A DNA stretch of 64,000 nt from a virus (taxonomy: Duplodnaviria > Heunggongvirae > Uroviricota > Caudoviricetes), in IMG/VR virus record IMGVR_UViG_3300045988_161728; one strand, given 5' to 3'. Shown here piece after piece: positions 51,607 to 61,002 of this stretch (position 1 is its first letter; each line of letters starts with the position of its first letter). The notes under the pieces were generated by a model, which was given only the letters and a program-made list of their open reading frames with translations, ran no database searches and was not told the origin of the DNA. Position numbers and translations under genes: made by a program.

Positions 51607-51838
51607 ACAGAACGAAAAGGCTATCGCTCAAATTGCTGATTATATCCCGCGTGCGTGCCGGGGTATGCAGTTGCAGGAAGCCAAAGCGCGCCTGGAGAAA
51701 AAAATTGCGCTCTATATTGATGACGGCTGTGATGCTGCTGTTCTTAACGCAGCGTTCGCGCCAGCTCTTAACAGTCATACGCGGGAGTCTTTTTTTTCGC
51801 GCATCGCAGCGCAGATCCGTAAAGGAGGCAACCAGTGA
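51599..51838 (+). CDS. Small hypothetical protein
   Basis: 79 aa; overlapping stop/start with neighbours. Confidence 0.3.
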   Translation: MFKQNEKAIAQIADYIPRACRGMQLQEAKARLEKKIALYIDDGCDAAVLNAAFAPALNSHTRESFFSRIAAQIRKGGNQ

Positions 51839-52560
51839 GCGAAATTAACTATAAAGAACTGCGCGAGGCGGCGAAACAGGCAACGCAAGATGAATGGGTA
51901 GCATATATTTTGCCGGGTCATAACGGCATTTATCCTGCGCGCACGTCTGAGGGTAGGCATTGCGGATACTTTATTGACTGGCCTAGCGTCTGTCAGGGGC
52001 GGGAGAGCATCAACATGAGCATCAGAACCTACGCAGTGAATTGCAATGACGCATGGCTAAACACCGAAGGTGATGACATCTCCGGCTCATACGTTAAGTA
52101 CAAAGACCATCAGGAAGTGGTTGCCGCTCTTGAGGCCAAGTGCGCGGCGCTGGCGGCGGAGAATGAGCTGGCTCGTAAGGCAGTTCAGGCATTCTGCGAT
52201 GTTGTTGGCGACAACACCGAGGTTATCGCTGAGGAGGTTGGGCGAGATGGCGTTCTGGTTATTTTGGGGGCCATGAAGGCAACAGGAAATATTTCAGCCA
52301 CCGATGCTTTTCTGGCTGAAATTCGTGCGGAAGCACGCAACGAGGGGATTAACTATACCGCCAGCCGTCTTGCTGCTGCGTTCAATCACGGATTTATCAA
52401 TAAATCTTTGCGTGAAGTTTTCGACGTTACACGCATGATTTTGTCAGCGAAAGAAGAGTTGGCTAATGAACCGCATCCGATTGATGGCCTGTCCGGTGAA
52501 TATGCGGAGAAATCCCTTGAAGAATGGGCGGAACAGATTCGCAAAGGAGGCAAGCAGTGA
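51835..52560 (+). CDS. Ead/Ea22-like protein
   Basis: N-terminus MSEINYKELREAAKQAT, paralogous to 52858..53415. Confidence 0.45.
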   Translation: MSEINYKELREAAKQATQDEWVAYILPGHNGIYPARTSEGRHCGYFIDWPSVCQGRESINMSIRTYAVNCNDAWLNTEGDDISGSYVKYKDHQEVVAALEAKCAALAAENELARKAVQAFCDVVGDNTEVIAEEVGRDGVLVILGAMKATGNISATDAFLAEIRAEARNEGINYTASRLAAAFNHGFINKSLREVFDVTRMILSAKEELANEPHPIDGLSGEYAEKSLEEWAEQIRKGGKQ

Positions 52561-52856
52561 GTGTATATCTTATTGATAAACGTCGACGTGGGCAACAAAT
52601 ACCACCTGTAGGAATTCCGAATCACACATGGTTTTGCGTACTTGATATCGATGGTATGGATGCGTTGGTTGACACTCGTCATTACTGCGATACCGCAACA
52701 GCTACTCCGGCGAAAGCAAAGAAAATGGCTGCTCTGATAGAAAACTGGACTCCACCTGATGGTTGGTGCAATGGGAATGATCGAGATTGGCATGAAAAAA
52801 TGAAGGGCTATATCTGCGATTTCTTACGTAAATGCAACGGATTCAGGGTGATGTGA
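52554..52856 (+). CDS. Small hypothetical protein (GTG start)
   Basis: GGAGG RBS before GTG; ORF track gives an upstream Met start at 52524. Confidence 0.3.
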   Translation, partial: AVSVYLIDKRRRGQQIPPVGIPNHTWFCVLDIDGMDALVDTRHYCDTATATPAKAKKMAALIENWTPPDGWCNGNDRDWHEKMKGYICDFLRKCNGFRVM

Positions 52857-52857
52857 C

Positions 52858-53415
52858 ATGAACAAGATTGACTATCAGGCACTGCGTGAGGCGGCAGAGA
52901 AGGCAACGTGGGGAGACTGGGACTCATATAAACCACACCGTGGCGCACGTGGTTATGAGGTCCGACTAAGTAGTCAGGCCATTGCGCAACACGTTCTGAA
53001 AAACAACGCTGAATTTATTGCTGCCTTTAATCCAAAGATTGCTTTGGCACTACTGGATGAACGGGAAAGGAACCAGCAATACATCAAATCCCGCGACCAG
53101 GAGAACGAGGATATTGCACTAACGGTAGGGAAGTTGCGCGTTGAGCTGGAAGCAGCAAAATCAAAACTCAACGAGCAGCGTGAGTATTACGAAGGTGTTA
53201 TCTCTGATGGGAGTAAGCGCATAGCAGAGTTAGAAAGTGGTTCTCAGGCACAAAAGTTAGTTGAAGCAATCATTGTTGCGATAGAAAACGAACAGGAACG
53301 TCTTTTTGATGAAGATTACCTAATGGATTCGAAAGAATGCATTGACGTAATTCGTGAAGAAGTAAAGCGATGGGATGATTCCCGCGCCGCTGGCATTGGC
53401 ATCAAAGGAGAGTGA
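52858..53415 (+). CDS. Ead/Ea22-like protein
   Basis: N-terminus MNKIDYQALREAAEKAT. Confidence 0.45.
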   Translation: MNKIDYQALREAAEKATWGDWDSYKPHRGARGYEVRLSSQAIAQHVLKNNAEFIAAFNPKIALALLDERERNQQYIKSRDQENEDIALTVGKLRVELEAAKSKLNEQREYYEGVISDGSKRIAELESGSQAQKLVEAIIVAIENEQERLFDEDYLMDSKECIDVIREEVKRWDDSRAAGIGIKGE

Positions 53416-53416
53416 T

Positions 53417-53680
53417 ATGGCAACTTTGACAAAAAAAGAACAAGCATGGTTGAGCGAATTACAGGACGTTCTTGATCGCTGCCCATCACCGAAAAAAATT
53501 GGTTTTTACACCATTGGCGATAAAAGCATTTACCTGTATGACCTGCGCCGCATGGATGAAATCATGGAGGCTCTTGATAATCGTTCGTCAATGGATTGGT
53601 GTGTTGCTGTTCATGATATGAATGCCGGATTTGATGAAAAGATTTTATTCCCCTCATCAGTTGAAAGTACAGCAGGATAA
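53417..53680 (+). CDS. Small hypothetical protein
   Basis: Start MATLTKKEQ with GGAGAG RBS; ORF track 53375. Confidence 0.35.
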   Translation: MATLTKKEQAWLSELQDVLDRCPSPKKIGFYTIGDKSIYLYDLRRMDEIMEALDNRSSMDWCVAVHDMNAGFDEKILFPSSVESTAG

Positions 53681-53690
53681 GGACTAACAC

Positions 53691-54578
53691 ATGACCACTA
53701 TTACCAAAGAGCGACTGCTGACAATCAGGCAGTGGCGCGAAACATACGGACCTGGTAGCAACGTTGTACTGCCAGCAGAAGAAGCGGAAGAACTGGCACG
53801 AATTGCTCTGGCATCGCTGGAGCAGAATGCACTATCTGGCAACTCTCGGCTTATTCCTGGTGAAGTGTTGTCCGCAATCCGGGAGGTTGCCAAGATTCGT
53901 GCCGATTTCGATGATTTTGACGGTGACAGGCGAGGTATCGGTGATTGTCTGGATGAGGCCGAGCAAGAGCTTATCGTTACCATTAACAAATATGCCAGTC
54001 AGTTGGCAGCAGAACCGATAGCGACTAATGACGTTCGAGAGCAAACAGCCGTTCCGCCAATACAGGCTGATGTCGCGCAAGCAATTGAAAATCTCAAGCA
54101 GAAGTTAGTGGAATGCAATCGCTATAACTACTGCGCAGATGCAGTGAAGAACGTAGAGGATGCCTGCCGTGCTGTTAGCTATAGCCAAGCCGACAATCAG
54201 CCAGCATCTGGCAACCAGGCTGCCGAATCCAATCGCGGTAATGAGTGGACTGGCAATCCTGATATTGATAACGCCATCATCATGCTCGACCGCATAGATA
54301 CGCTGGAAAATTGCGATGATGACCGTATTGAGGCTGTTAAGGCTGTTTTGCGTAGACTGGCTGGCAACTCTCCGGTAACTCCGGATAGTTGGATAAGCTG
54401 TAGTGAGCGAATGCCCGCTCAAGATGATTGGATTTTAATTTATTCAAAGCACGGCGAGTATATGGCAGGCCAGGTGCAAGGGGAATACGTGGAGTTGAGC
54501 GACGGCACTTTATCGTGGTTAGGGAACGCCTTGTTCTGGATGCCGCTACCAGAACCGCCGCAGGAGGTGAATCAATGA
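53691..54578 (+). CDS. Ead/Ea22-like protein
   Basis: N-terminus MTTITKERLLTIRQWRETYG; 295 aa. Confidence 0.45.
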   Translation: MTTITKERLLTIRQWRETYGPGSNVVLPAEEAEELARIALASLEQNALSGNSRLIPGEVLSAIREVAKIRADFDDFDGDRRGIGDCLDEAEQELIVTINKYASQLAAEPIATNDVREQTAVPPIQADVAQAIENLKQKLVECNRYNYCADAVKNVEDACRAVSYSQADNQPASGNQAAESNRGNEWTGNPDIDNAIIMLDRIDTLENCDDDRIEAVKAVLRRLAGNSPVTPDSWISCSERMPAQDDWILIYSKHGEYMAGQVQGEYVELSDGTLSWLGNALFWMPLPEPPQEVNQ

Positions 54579-54660
54579 GCTGGCCTGAAGCATTCACCAC
54601 GGTAGGAATTGTGATGGCGGCAGCACTGGGTTTGTATTCAATTTGTCGCTGGTGGTAACG
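54577..54660 (+). CDS. Small hydrophobic peptide (27 aa)
   Basis: MSWPEAFTTVGIVMAAALGLYSICRWW; ATGA overlap with the preceding gene. Confidence 0.3.
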
Positions 54661-54894
54661 ATGGGAAAAATAACTTTTGTAGTCGAATTTGAGGATGGCA
54701 AAGAGCCACCTGTTAGCGCCAATCTTGATGTTGCTGGTGGCAGGCTTGTTTCGGTTCTATTTGGTGACTACCGAGATGACTTCTTCCAACCAGAAGAAGT
54801 TGATGTAGTGCGAGAGGCATTAAACGAGTTAAGTGTTGATAACGATGATGCTCATGCGGAAATCATCCAAAAAATGGAACTGCTAACTCACTAA
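54661..54894 (+). CDS. Small acidic protein
   Basis: 77 aa from ATG 54661. Confidence 0.3.
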   Translation: MGKITFVVEFEDGKEPPVSANLDVAGGRLVSVLFGDYRDDFFQPEEVDVVREALNELSVDNDDAHAEIIQKMELLTH

Positions 54895-54949
54895 ATTATC
54901 AATTATGGTGCTATCACCTACGACACCGAGAGAAAATTTATAATGTCAA

Positions 54950-55072
54950 AAGTAAATGTTTTGATTTTTTCAGCAATTGTTGGCTTTGGTTTTACTGCCG
55001 GAGTGCAGATTTATATTACGTGGGAAAAAATCATCAACTACGCATGGAGTTGTTTTATTAAGTGAGGTAAGT
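54950..55072 (+). CDS. Small hydrophobic peptide (40 aa)
   Basis: MSKVNVLIFSAIVGFGFTAGVQIYITWEKIINYAWSCFIK. Confidence 0.3.
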
Positions 55073-55366
55073 ATGTGGAGAGGTAATAGTCATGGCAAAA
55101 GCCAGATGATACTTACCGAATATCAGTTTGACCATAAAACCAATAAATCACGTTCAGTATATTTGCTTCGGCACAATAGCCGCGTAAGGAATACCGTGCT
55201 GGAGCAAAATCTGACTGTTGAAATAGATAATTACGGGGGCTTCAAGCCAACAATTTCGCTTGATGATTTTCCTCGTGGTTTAAGCGAAAGAGAAGCAATG
55301 CTGAAATTAGCAGAATGGCTACAAAGATTAAGCATTGCTATTGAAGATAACTGGTCTGAACCTTAA
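55073..55366 (+). CDS. Hypothetical protein
   Basis: Start MWRGNSHGK with GAGG RBS; ORF track 54977. Confidence 0.35.
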   Translation: MWRGNSHGKSQMILTEYQFDHKTNKSRSVYLLRHNSRVRNTVLEQNLTVEIDNYGGFKPTISLDDFPRGLSEREAMLKLAEWLQRLSIAIEDNWSEP

Positions 55367-55372
55367 ATTTAT

Positions 55373-55747
55373 ATGATGACACTAAAACATTTTCTTGACC
55401 GCCCATTATGGGCGGCAGCCGCAGGCTATGACTTTAATTATATGGATTGCATGTCTTATACCGCCAATGCATACGACTATTCCTTCAGTCTGCTGCTTAA
55501 TTCTTTAAGAATATTGCCGCAAACAGAAGTTGGAGAGCTTCATTTATGGCTATTGGGCTTTATCGCGGCTGGAGTTGGTATTGCTGTATGGCCTTTTATT
55601 TTCTGGCTGGTGGCTGTTGTAGTGTGGTTTAAGTGCAAGACGTACCGGAGAAAGTATTTCTTAGGTGATGGAATGACTGATATTGCCAAAATGAACATTG
55701 AAAAATGGACTAAGGAATGTGAAAAGAAATGGCGCAAAAAGAAATGA
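55373..55747 (+). CDS. Membrane protein
   Basis: 124 aa with central hydrophobic hairpin and Lys-rich tail. Confidence 0.4.
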   Translation: MMTLKHFLDRPLWAAAAGYDFNYMDCMSYTANAYDYSFSLLLNSLRILPQTEVGELHLWLLGFIAAGVGIAVWPFIFWLVAVVVWFKCKTYRRKYFLGDGMTDIAKMNIEKWTKECEKKWRKKK

Positions 55748-56661
55748 CCAGAATCACTGAAGAGCGTATATCAGAGATTATTTCCCGTATCGAAATGTAT
55801 GGTCACGGTGCTGGATATACGGCAGATGAAGTATTGGCACTTGCCCAAATGGCTTTGGCGGCTTGCAAAGATGATAAAAAAATGAAGTTTATCGACTTGT
55901 TAGTGAAGGAACTGCCTAAGTGCGGCGGGTGGCCTGATGGAATGAGTTATTGTTACCTACCCAGTGTCAATTTAATGGCACCATGCGCGACTTTTGCTTT
56001 TGGCTCAGACCACAAAAAAGACACTTTCTTTGGGCGCAATTTTTGTTGTGAGATTGAGCTTCCAATTGGTGACCTTGATAGCGATGAATACCAGTCAGTT
56101 GTCACTCGCGAACAATACGAATCAGCTCTCATAGCGTCGCAGAAAGTCGAGTTCAATGGTGATGAACTTGAAAGTAAGACTTACAGGTTGGATTTTGGGC
56201 AATGGCTGGAACAGCAACGCGGGAAAATCGATGTGGACTGTGGTTGTGTGTCCACTGAAACATTCATGCACTGGCTGCGGGTAGCTTACGAGGCTGGCAA
56301 CTATCCGGATATTCCGGATAGTTCGGTGCCAGCACCAGGAAAGGGCGTCACCGGTGAACGTATCCGAATTAAGCCGCATGTTTATCGCGAACTGGTTAAC
56401 CGTCTCCACGATACAGCGATCAAGTGTGCTGGCACCCAGCAATTACGAGAAAGAATTAGCCGTGTTTTGGGCGACGTTATTACACCAGATCATCATAAAC
56501 AAGCCGAGAAAAGTGGCCTGGAAAGGTGTCACCTTGAGGCGGCATTAAACATTAAGCCGGGGCATACGCTTGGCATTATTGATGCACTATTGGTTCATAA
56601 GATGGCCAGGGCTTTATTGCCGCTGGTGGATGCTGGCGATACAAGCGAGGGTGAAGTATGA
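55744..56661 (+). CDS. Ead/Ea22-like N-terminal domain protein
   Basis: MTRITEERISEIISRIEMYG resembles the N-terminus of 53691..54578. Confidence 0.4.
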   Translation: MTRITEERISEIISRIEMYGHGAGYTADEVLALAQMALAACKDDKKMKFIDLLVKELPKCGGWPDGMSYCYLPSVNLMAPCATFAFGSDHKKDTFFGRNFCCEIELPIGDLDSDEYQSVVTREQYESALIASQKVEFNGDELESKTYRLDFGQWLEQQRGKIDVDCGCVSTETFMHWLRVAYEAGNYPDIPDSSVPAPGKGVTGERIRIKPHVYRELVNRLHDTAIKCAGTQQLRERISRVLGDVITPDHHKQAEKSGLERCHLEAALNIKPGHTLGIIDALLVHKMARALLPLVDAGDTSEGEV

Positions 56662-57020
56662 GAGTTGCAGATCACATCAAACACCTTGAAAGAATTATCG
56701 AAAACGGTGAACTCTTAAGAGATCAGATGAGACGCACGGCAGAAGTCAGAGAGGCGATAATCCGCAGTCAGGCTGGTAAATTAAAGCAATTATCAGAGAT
56801 TAACGCGCTATACAAGAACAGACGTAACCGGGCGGCGCTGCGGCTTCAGAAAGCACGTAATGAAATTAAATTGGTGGAGGCAAAACTGAAAAAACAGATT
56901 CAGCGTTACGATCAGCAAGATGCTTTTTATGCCGCCATCAAGGCGGCTGCTAATGAAATAGGCATCTGGAAGTTGCTGGTGGAGAAAGCAAAGACGAAGT
57001 TAAATGCCAACGAAAGCTGA
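56658..57020 (+). CDS. Coiled-coil protein
   Basis: 120 aa. Confidence 0.4.
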   Translation: MRVADHIKHLERIIENGELLRDQMRRTAEVREAIIRSQAGKLKQLSEINALYKNRRNRAALRLQKARNEIKLVEAKLKKQIQRYDQQDAFYAAIKAAANEIGIWKLLVEKAKTKLNANES

Positions 57021-57094
57021 ACTACAGGTACCCACCAGCACATACAGAAAATGATTGTTTCCACATCAAGGAGATTTTAATGTTTCACTGAACA

Positions 57095-57232
57095 TTAAGT
57101 AAGCCAGTGCATAATTCCATTTTTTACTGACCTTAAAAGCAAAATCAAAACGATGATGAGGATGATCGCCAGAATCTGGCTAATAACAGGCGCATCTAAA
57201 AATGCACTCAGGAACTGAAAAAAAGCAGTCAT
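57095..57232 (-). CDS. Small hydrophobic peptide (45 aa), possible membrane toxin-like
   Basis: MTAFFQFLSAFLDAPVISQILAIILIIVLILLLRSVKNGIMHWLT; no convincing RBS. Confidence 0.25.
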   Translation of the reverse strand: MTAFFQFLSAFLDAPVISQILAIILIIVLILLLRSVKNGIMHWLT

Positions 57233-57681
57233 TAAGGTGGTTCCTTGTCAAATGTAAAGGAGCACTTGCTCACGTTGACGTAGAAACCCAACCCCTATAT
57301 AGTTGGATTCGGTGAAAGAAAGTCGTTAACGTGAGCTTACGGCACATGTTTTCGGAACAACATCAGGGAACGGCTAATTCCTTGATGCGGATGGGGTCTG
57401 TAATGCAGACCCTATCTATTAACGTCATGATTGCATCTCAAATTTTCTCCTTATCTTCATTAATCAAAATTCATTTCATTTGTGAAACATCACAATATTT
57501 AGAAAATGGCCCTCTTGCAAGTGCATAACTTTGTGGATAAATCAGGAAGAAAAAAGTTGATTCTGCGCACGGCAAGGCAGATAAGCTGTGCACAAAAATC
57601 AATGGGAAAAGAAAAAAAATTAAAAGTTACTTTGCTGGTTAAATAATAGTCGTTACGCAATTGTTCTGGATGGGATTTGAT

Positions 57682-57933
57682 ATGCACGATTGGAATATTG
57701 CAGCTAAAAGTCAGGAAGAACGGGATAAGGTTAACGTTGATCTGGCTGCCAGCGGTGTGGCGTACAAAGAGCGATTGAACATACCTGTCATAGCTGAACA
57801 GGTAGCCCGCGAGCAACCAGAGAATCTGCGCACCTATTTCATGGAACGGTTACGGCACTATCGGCAGTTAAGCCTCCAGTTGCCAAAAGGGAGCGATCCG
57901 GTGTATCAGAACGAGGATGCACCAAAAAAATAA
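57682..57933 (+). CDS. hot: DNA polymerase III theta-subunit homologue
   Basis: [57 protein letters not shown] aligns with E. coli HolE. Confidence 0.8.
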   Translation: MHDWNIAAKSQEERDKVNVDLAASGVAYKERLNIPVIAEQVAREQPENLRTYFMERLRHYRQLSLQLPKGSDPVYQNEDAPKK

Positions 57934-58018
57934 CGGCAAGATGGGGGAGAAATGTGATTAGCCCCCAGCGTGGCGCGCCTACAAACCCCGCTTTCACAAA
58001 CTATGCCTTTTCAATGTA

Positions 58019-58038
58019 TACTGTATGAATAAACAGTA
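58019..58038 (+). promoter_or_regulatory. LexA box upstream of humD
   Basis: TACTGTATGAATAAACAGTA (CTG-N10-CAG). Confidence 0.75.
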
Positions 58039-58056
58039 TCATTGAGGTAAAACGCT

Positions 58057-58446
58057 ATGGGCTTCCCTTCTCCTGCGGCGGATTATGTTGAAAGCCGAAT
58101 TTCTCTTGATCAGCAGATAATTAGACATCCTTCAGCGACCTACTTCATGCGGGCAGCTGATAGCCATCACCGTGAGGGAATATTGCAGGGTGCTTTGCTG
58201 GTGGTTGATTCCTCGCTTACTCCGGTTGATGGTTCTCTGCTTGTGTGCGCTATGGAGGGTGAATATCGCATAAAGAGATACAGGAAGTATCCGCGCCAGC
58301 ACCTGGAGGATTTAAGCACCGGGAAGAAAGAGGCGTTACCAGTAGATGACGATGGATACACGGGCAGTAATGCTGTTTTTGGTGTGATCACTCATGTCAT
58401 CAATGATGCCCGAAGTGGGGAATTTGATGATTGTCCGGTTATTTAA
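58057..58446 (+). CDS. humD: UmuD'-like protein
   Basis: GFPSPAADYVE..HPSATYF matches the UmuD post-cleavage N-terminus. Confidence 0.85.
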   Translation: MGFPSPAADYVESRISLDQQIIRHPSATYFMRAADSHHREGILQGALLVVDSSLTPVDGSLLVCAMEGEYRIKRYRKYPRQHLEDLSTGKKEALPVDDDGYTGSNAVFGVITHVINDARSGEFDDCPVI

Positions 58447-58518
58447 GCTGCAAAGTGCTGGTGCTTTATGCCTGTGAAGTTTATAATTGTGTACACATAA
58501 CGAGTACACGAGGTGTTT

Positions 58519-58740
58519 ATGCAATCCATTAACTTCCGTACCGCGCGTGGCAACCTTTCTGAAGTGCTCAACAATGTTGAAGCCGGGGAAGAGGTTGAAA
58601 TCACCCGCAGAGGCCGTGAGCCAGCAGTAATTGTCAGCAAGGCTACTTTCGAAGCCTACAAAAAAGCGGCGCTGGATGCTGAATTTGCATCCCTGTTTGA
58701 CACCCTGGACTCCACCAACAAGGAACTGGTTAACCGATAA
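58519..58740 (+). CDS. phd: Antitoxin Phd
   Basis: 73 aa [39 protein letters not shown]...; stop overlaps doc start. Confidence 0.9.
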
Positions 58741-59120
58741 TGAGGCATATATCACCGGAAGAACTTATTGCGCTTCATGATGCGAATATAAGCCGCTACG
58801 GCGGCCTGCCGGGAATGTCTGATCCGGGTAGGGCAGAGGCCATTATCGGGAGAGTTCAGGCCAGAGTTGCCTACGAAGAGATCACCGACCTTTTCGAAGT
58901 CTCCGCCACCTACCTGGTGGCTACAGCGAGAGGGCATATATTCAATGATGCCAATAAGCGTACCGCGCTAAACAGTGCGCTGCTATTTCTACGCCGTAAC
59001 GGGGTGCAGGTATTTGATTCACCTGAACTGGCAGACCTTACTGTAGGCGCTGCGACTGGCGAGATATCTGTATCTTCTGTCGCCGACACGTTACGTAGAT
59101 TGTATGGTTCTGCGGAGTAG
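58740..59120 (+). CDS. doc: Toxin Doc (Fic-fold kinase)
   Basis: 126 aa, starts [22 protein letters not shown]; Fic-like HxFx(D/N)(A/G)NKR motif (HIFNDANKR). Confidence 0.9.
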
Positions 59121-59124
59121 ATTA

Positions 59125-59304
59125 ATGGCACGCAAATACAACAAATTGTCCCGTGAAGCGTTAAAGATGCTTCTTGATGGCGTGAGTCGCCGCAAGGTAA
59201 AGCAATACCTGGTTGGTAAGCAAATTGGAGTCAGGACCGCTATTGCTGTGTTATGCCGTCAGGAAATGGTTGTGCTTAAACAGAGAATGCCGGGCAGCAG
59301 ATAA
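59125..59304 (+). CDS. Small basic protein (P1 PdcA position)
   Basis: 59 aa from ATG 59125 with GGAG RBS. Confidence 0.35.
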   Translation: MARKYNKLSREALKMLLDGVSRRKVKQYLVGKQIGVRTAIAVLCRQEMVVLKQRMPGSR

Positions 59305-59331
59305 AGCCCAATCAGTGATTAAAGGTGTGAT

Positions 59332-60375
59332 GTGAAAGCCGTAATTACTCCCTTTGTACAGAAAGAGCTTGGCCTCGCCACGTTCAAAGTGGATCAGGAG
59401 GTCAGAAAGCTGGTGGAGGCTGGCCGTAAATTTATTATGGAGCCGGTGCCGCGTGAGTTAATCGAGCACATGGAAGACGGCCTCGTTGTTACCGAGCAAA
59501 CCATGGCAACAAATGAGGCGTTGCAGCCGTTTTTTAACAGCGATGAACTGTTTCGCCGTATTGGTGGAATTGACGCGCTGGTGGCGTGGTTGCGTAGGAA
59601 AGAGGGTCAATGCCAGGCCGCAGATCGTAGTTGGTGTGACAACCATATTGTCCACGCTGAACGAGACAATAGCGCGGTGTTGTTGTGCTGGCATCACGAT
59701 AACCATTACCGGATGCGTGGTTTTAATGAGCTGAAAGAAACGCTGCACAATAATCGCGTTAACTGGATACTGGATGTCGCCCGTCAGGAAATGGGCCTTT
59801 CAAATAGCCATGATTTAAGTATTCAGGAGCTGTGCTGGTGGGCTTTCATGCGCAACATGATGCACCTGATGCCGGAAGAAGTCTGCCGCATATCAATAAA
59901 TAAGATGAAGGCTACTCCGCAGGATAGCGGACCTCTGAAAGAGGCGGATATTCGCCCGTATGACGATCGCGCTACAGCATATGTTCAGATGATGGAAGAA
60001 CGCGCCGCGCCGATGCGTGCAAAAGTATGCCCTGTGGATGTTGACGCCGACCCTGGCATGGCGCATTTCAAAATACCAAAACTTCAATCGCTAAAATTGC
60101 CCGAGTACATGGATTTTGTGGCTTCCCGTCCATGCTGTGGCTGTGGAGCTGCGGGAGCTGGCGCTCACATTACGCCTTATATCGTTCGTCATAGTCGATT
60201 ATGCGCGCATGACATTTATGCTGTTCCTCTGTGCCAGTCATGCCAGCGTGATATTGAGCGTGACCGCGATAATTGGGAGAAGACGCACGGTAGGCTGGCG
60301 ATGCATCAACGATTGTTCTTTGATTACGCGCTTGGAGTCGGCGCTATCACAAGTCATTCGTCGAGCGTTAGATAA
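59332..60375 (+). CDS. Cys/His-rich protein (P1 PdcB position)
   Basis: 347 aa; [12 protein letters not shown] and C-terminal CCGCG...CQSCQRD clusters. Confidence 0.45.
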   Translation: MKAVITPFVQKELGLATFKVDQEVRKLVEAGRKFIMEPVPRELIEHMEDGLVVTEQTMATNEALQPFFNSDELFRRIGGIDALVAWLRRKEGQCQAADRSWCDNHIVHAERDNSAVLLCWHHDNHYRMRGFNELKETLHNNRVNWILDVARQEMGLSNSHDLSIQELCWWAFMRNMMHLMPEEVCRISINKMKATPQDSGPLKEADIRPYDDRATAYVQMMEERAAPMRAKVCPVDVDADPGMAHFKIPKLQSLKLPEYMDFVASRPCCGCGAAGAGAHITPYIVRHSRLCAHDIYAVPLCQSCQRDIERDRDNWEKTHGRLAMHQRLFFDYALGVGAITSHSSSVR

Positions 60376-60376
60376 A

Positions 60377-60393
60377 ATTGCTCTAATGTATTG
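60377..60393 (+). promoter_or_regulatory. C1-operator-like site upstream of lpa
   Basis: ATTGCTCTAATGTATTG. Confidence 0.5.
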
Positions 60394-60463
60394 CTATTTC
60401 TTTAATCGAGGGTATTATATTCGACGTTGATTAGTTGACATGGGCTAATCAGTAGGTGACAGG

Positions 60464-60916
60464 ATGTTACTTAACTGGCAGGGACGCCACTTCATGGAAA
60501 TAAATCACTCACGAATAACATCGTACGAGATTGCGGATTACATGATCCGCACTAAATCTCTTCTATCAGCGAAAGATCTCGCAGCAATTCTTGAAAAGGA
60601 ATACCCGCATCTGGATGTCGATAAGCGCGATGTTTATCTGCGCTTAAAGGCTATCGCTGTGTCTAAGTATTCGTCTGTTTTGATTGATGACAGTACACGC
60701 CCACGTAGATTTCAGATCCACTCTCTGAATCCTGAATTCTTTCGCCGCAGCCGCGCTCCGCGCCGGTTTGATGAAAAACTCCAGAACGAACTCTATATGA
60801 CGCAGGACGAAAAGGAACGCCGGGAGCACCAGCCTTGGGTGATGGCGCGTCAACTTTTCAATAAGGTGGTCCGTCAGCACCGTCATTACGGTAATGCCAC
60901 ATCCGCACGTATCTGA
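60464..60916 (+). CDS. lpa: Putative late promoter activator
   Basis: 150 aa ORF behind an operator, immediately upstream of pacA; positional assignment. Confidence 0.45.
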   Translation: MLLNWQGRHFMEINHSRITSYEIADYMIRTKSLLSAKDLAAILEKEYPHLDVDKRDVYLRLKAIAVSKYSSVLIDDSTRPRRFQIHSLNPEFFRRSRAPRRFDEKLQNELYMTQDEKERREHQPWVMARQLFNKVVRQHRHYGNATSARI

Positions 60917-61002
60917 TTGATTGCTTGCCCGTTCCGGGCCTTTTGACATGTGACTTTCGTTACCCTCGCGTCAAAAAGAGTTTTATACGAAAGGAAGCAT
61001 AA

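Noticed and set aside
57331-57528. 65-aa plus-strand ORF in the AT-rich gap before hot
   Set aside because: Low-complexity, AT-driven reading frame with no RBS; likely promoter/leader DNA.
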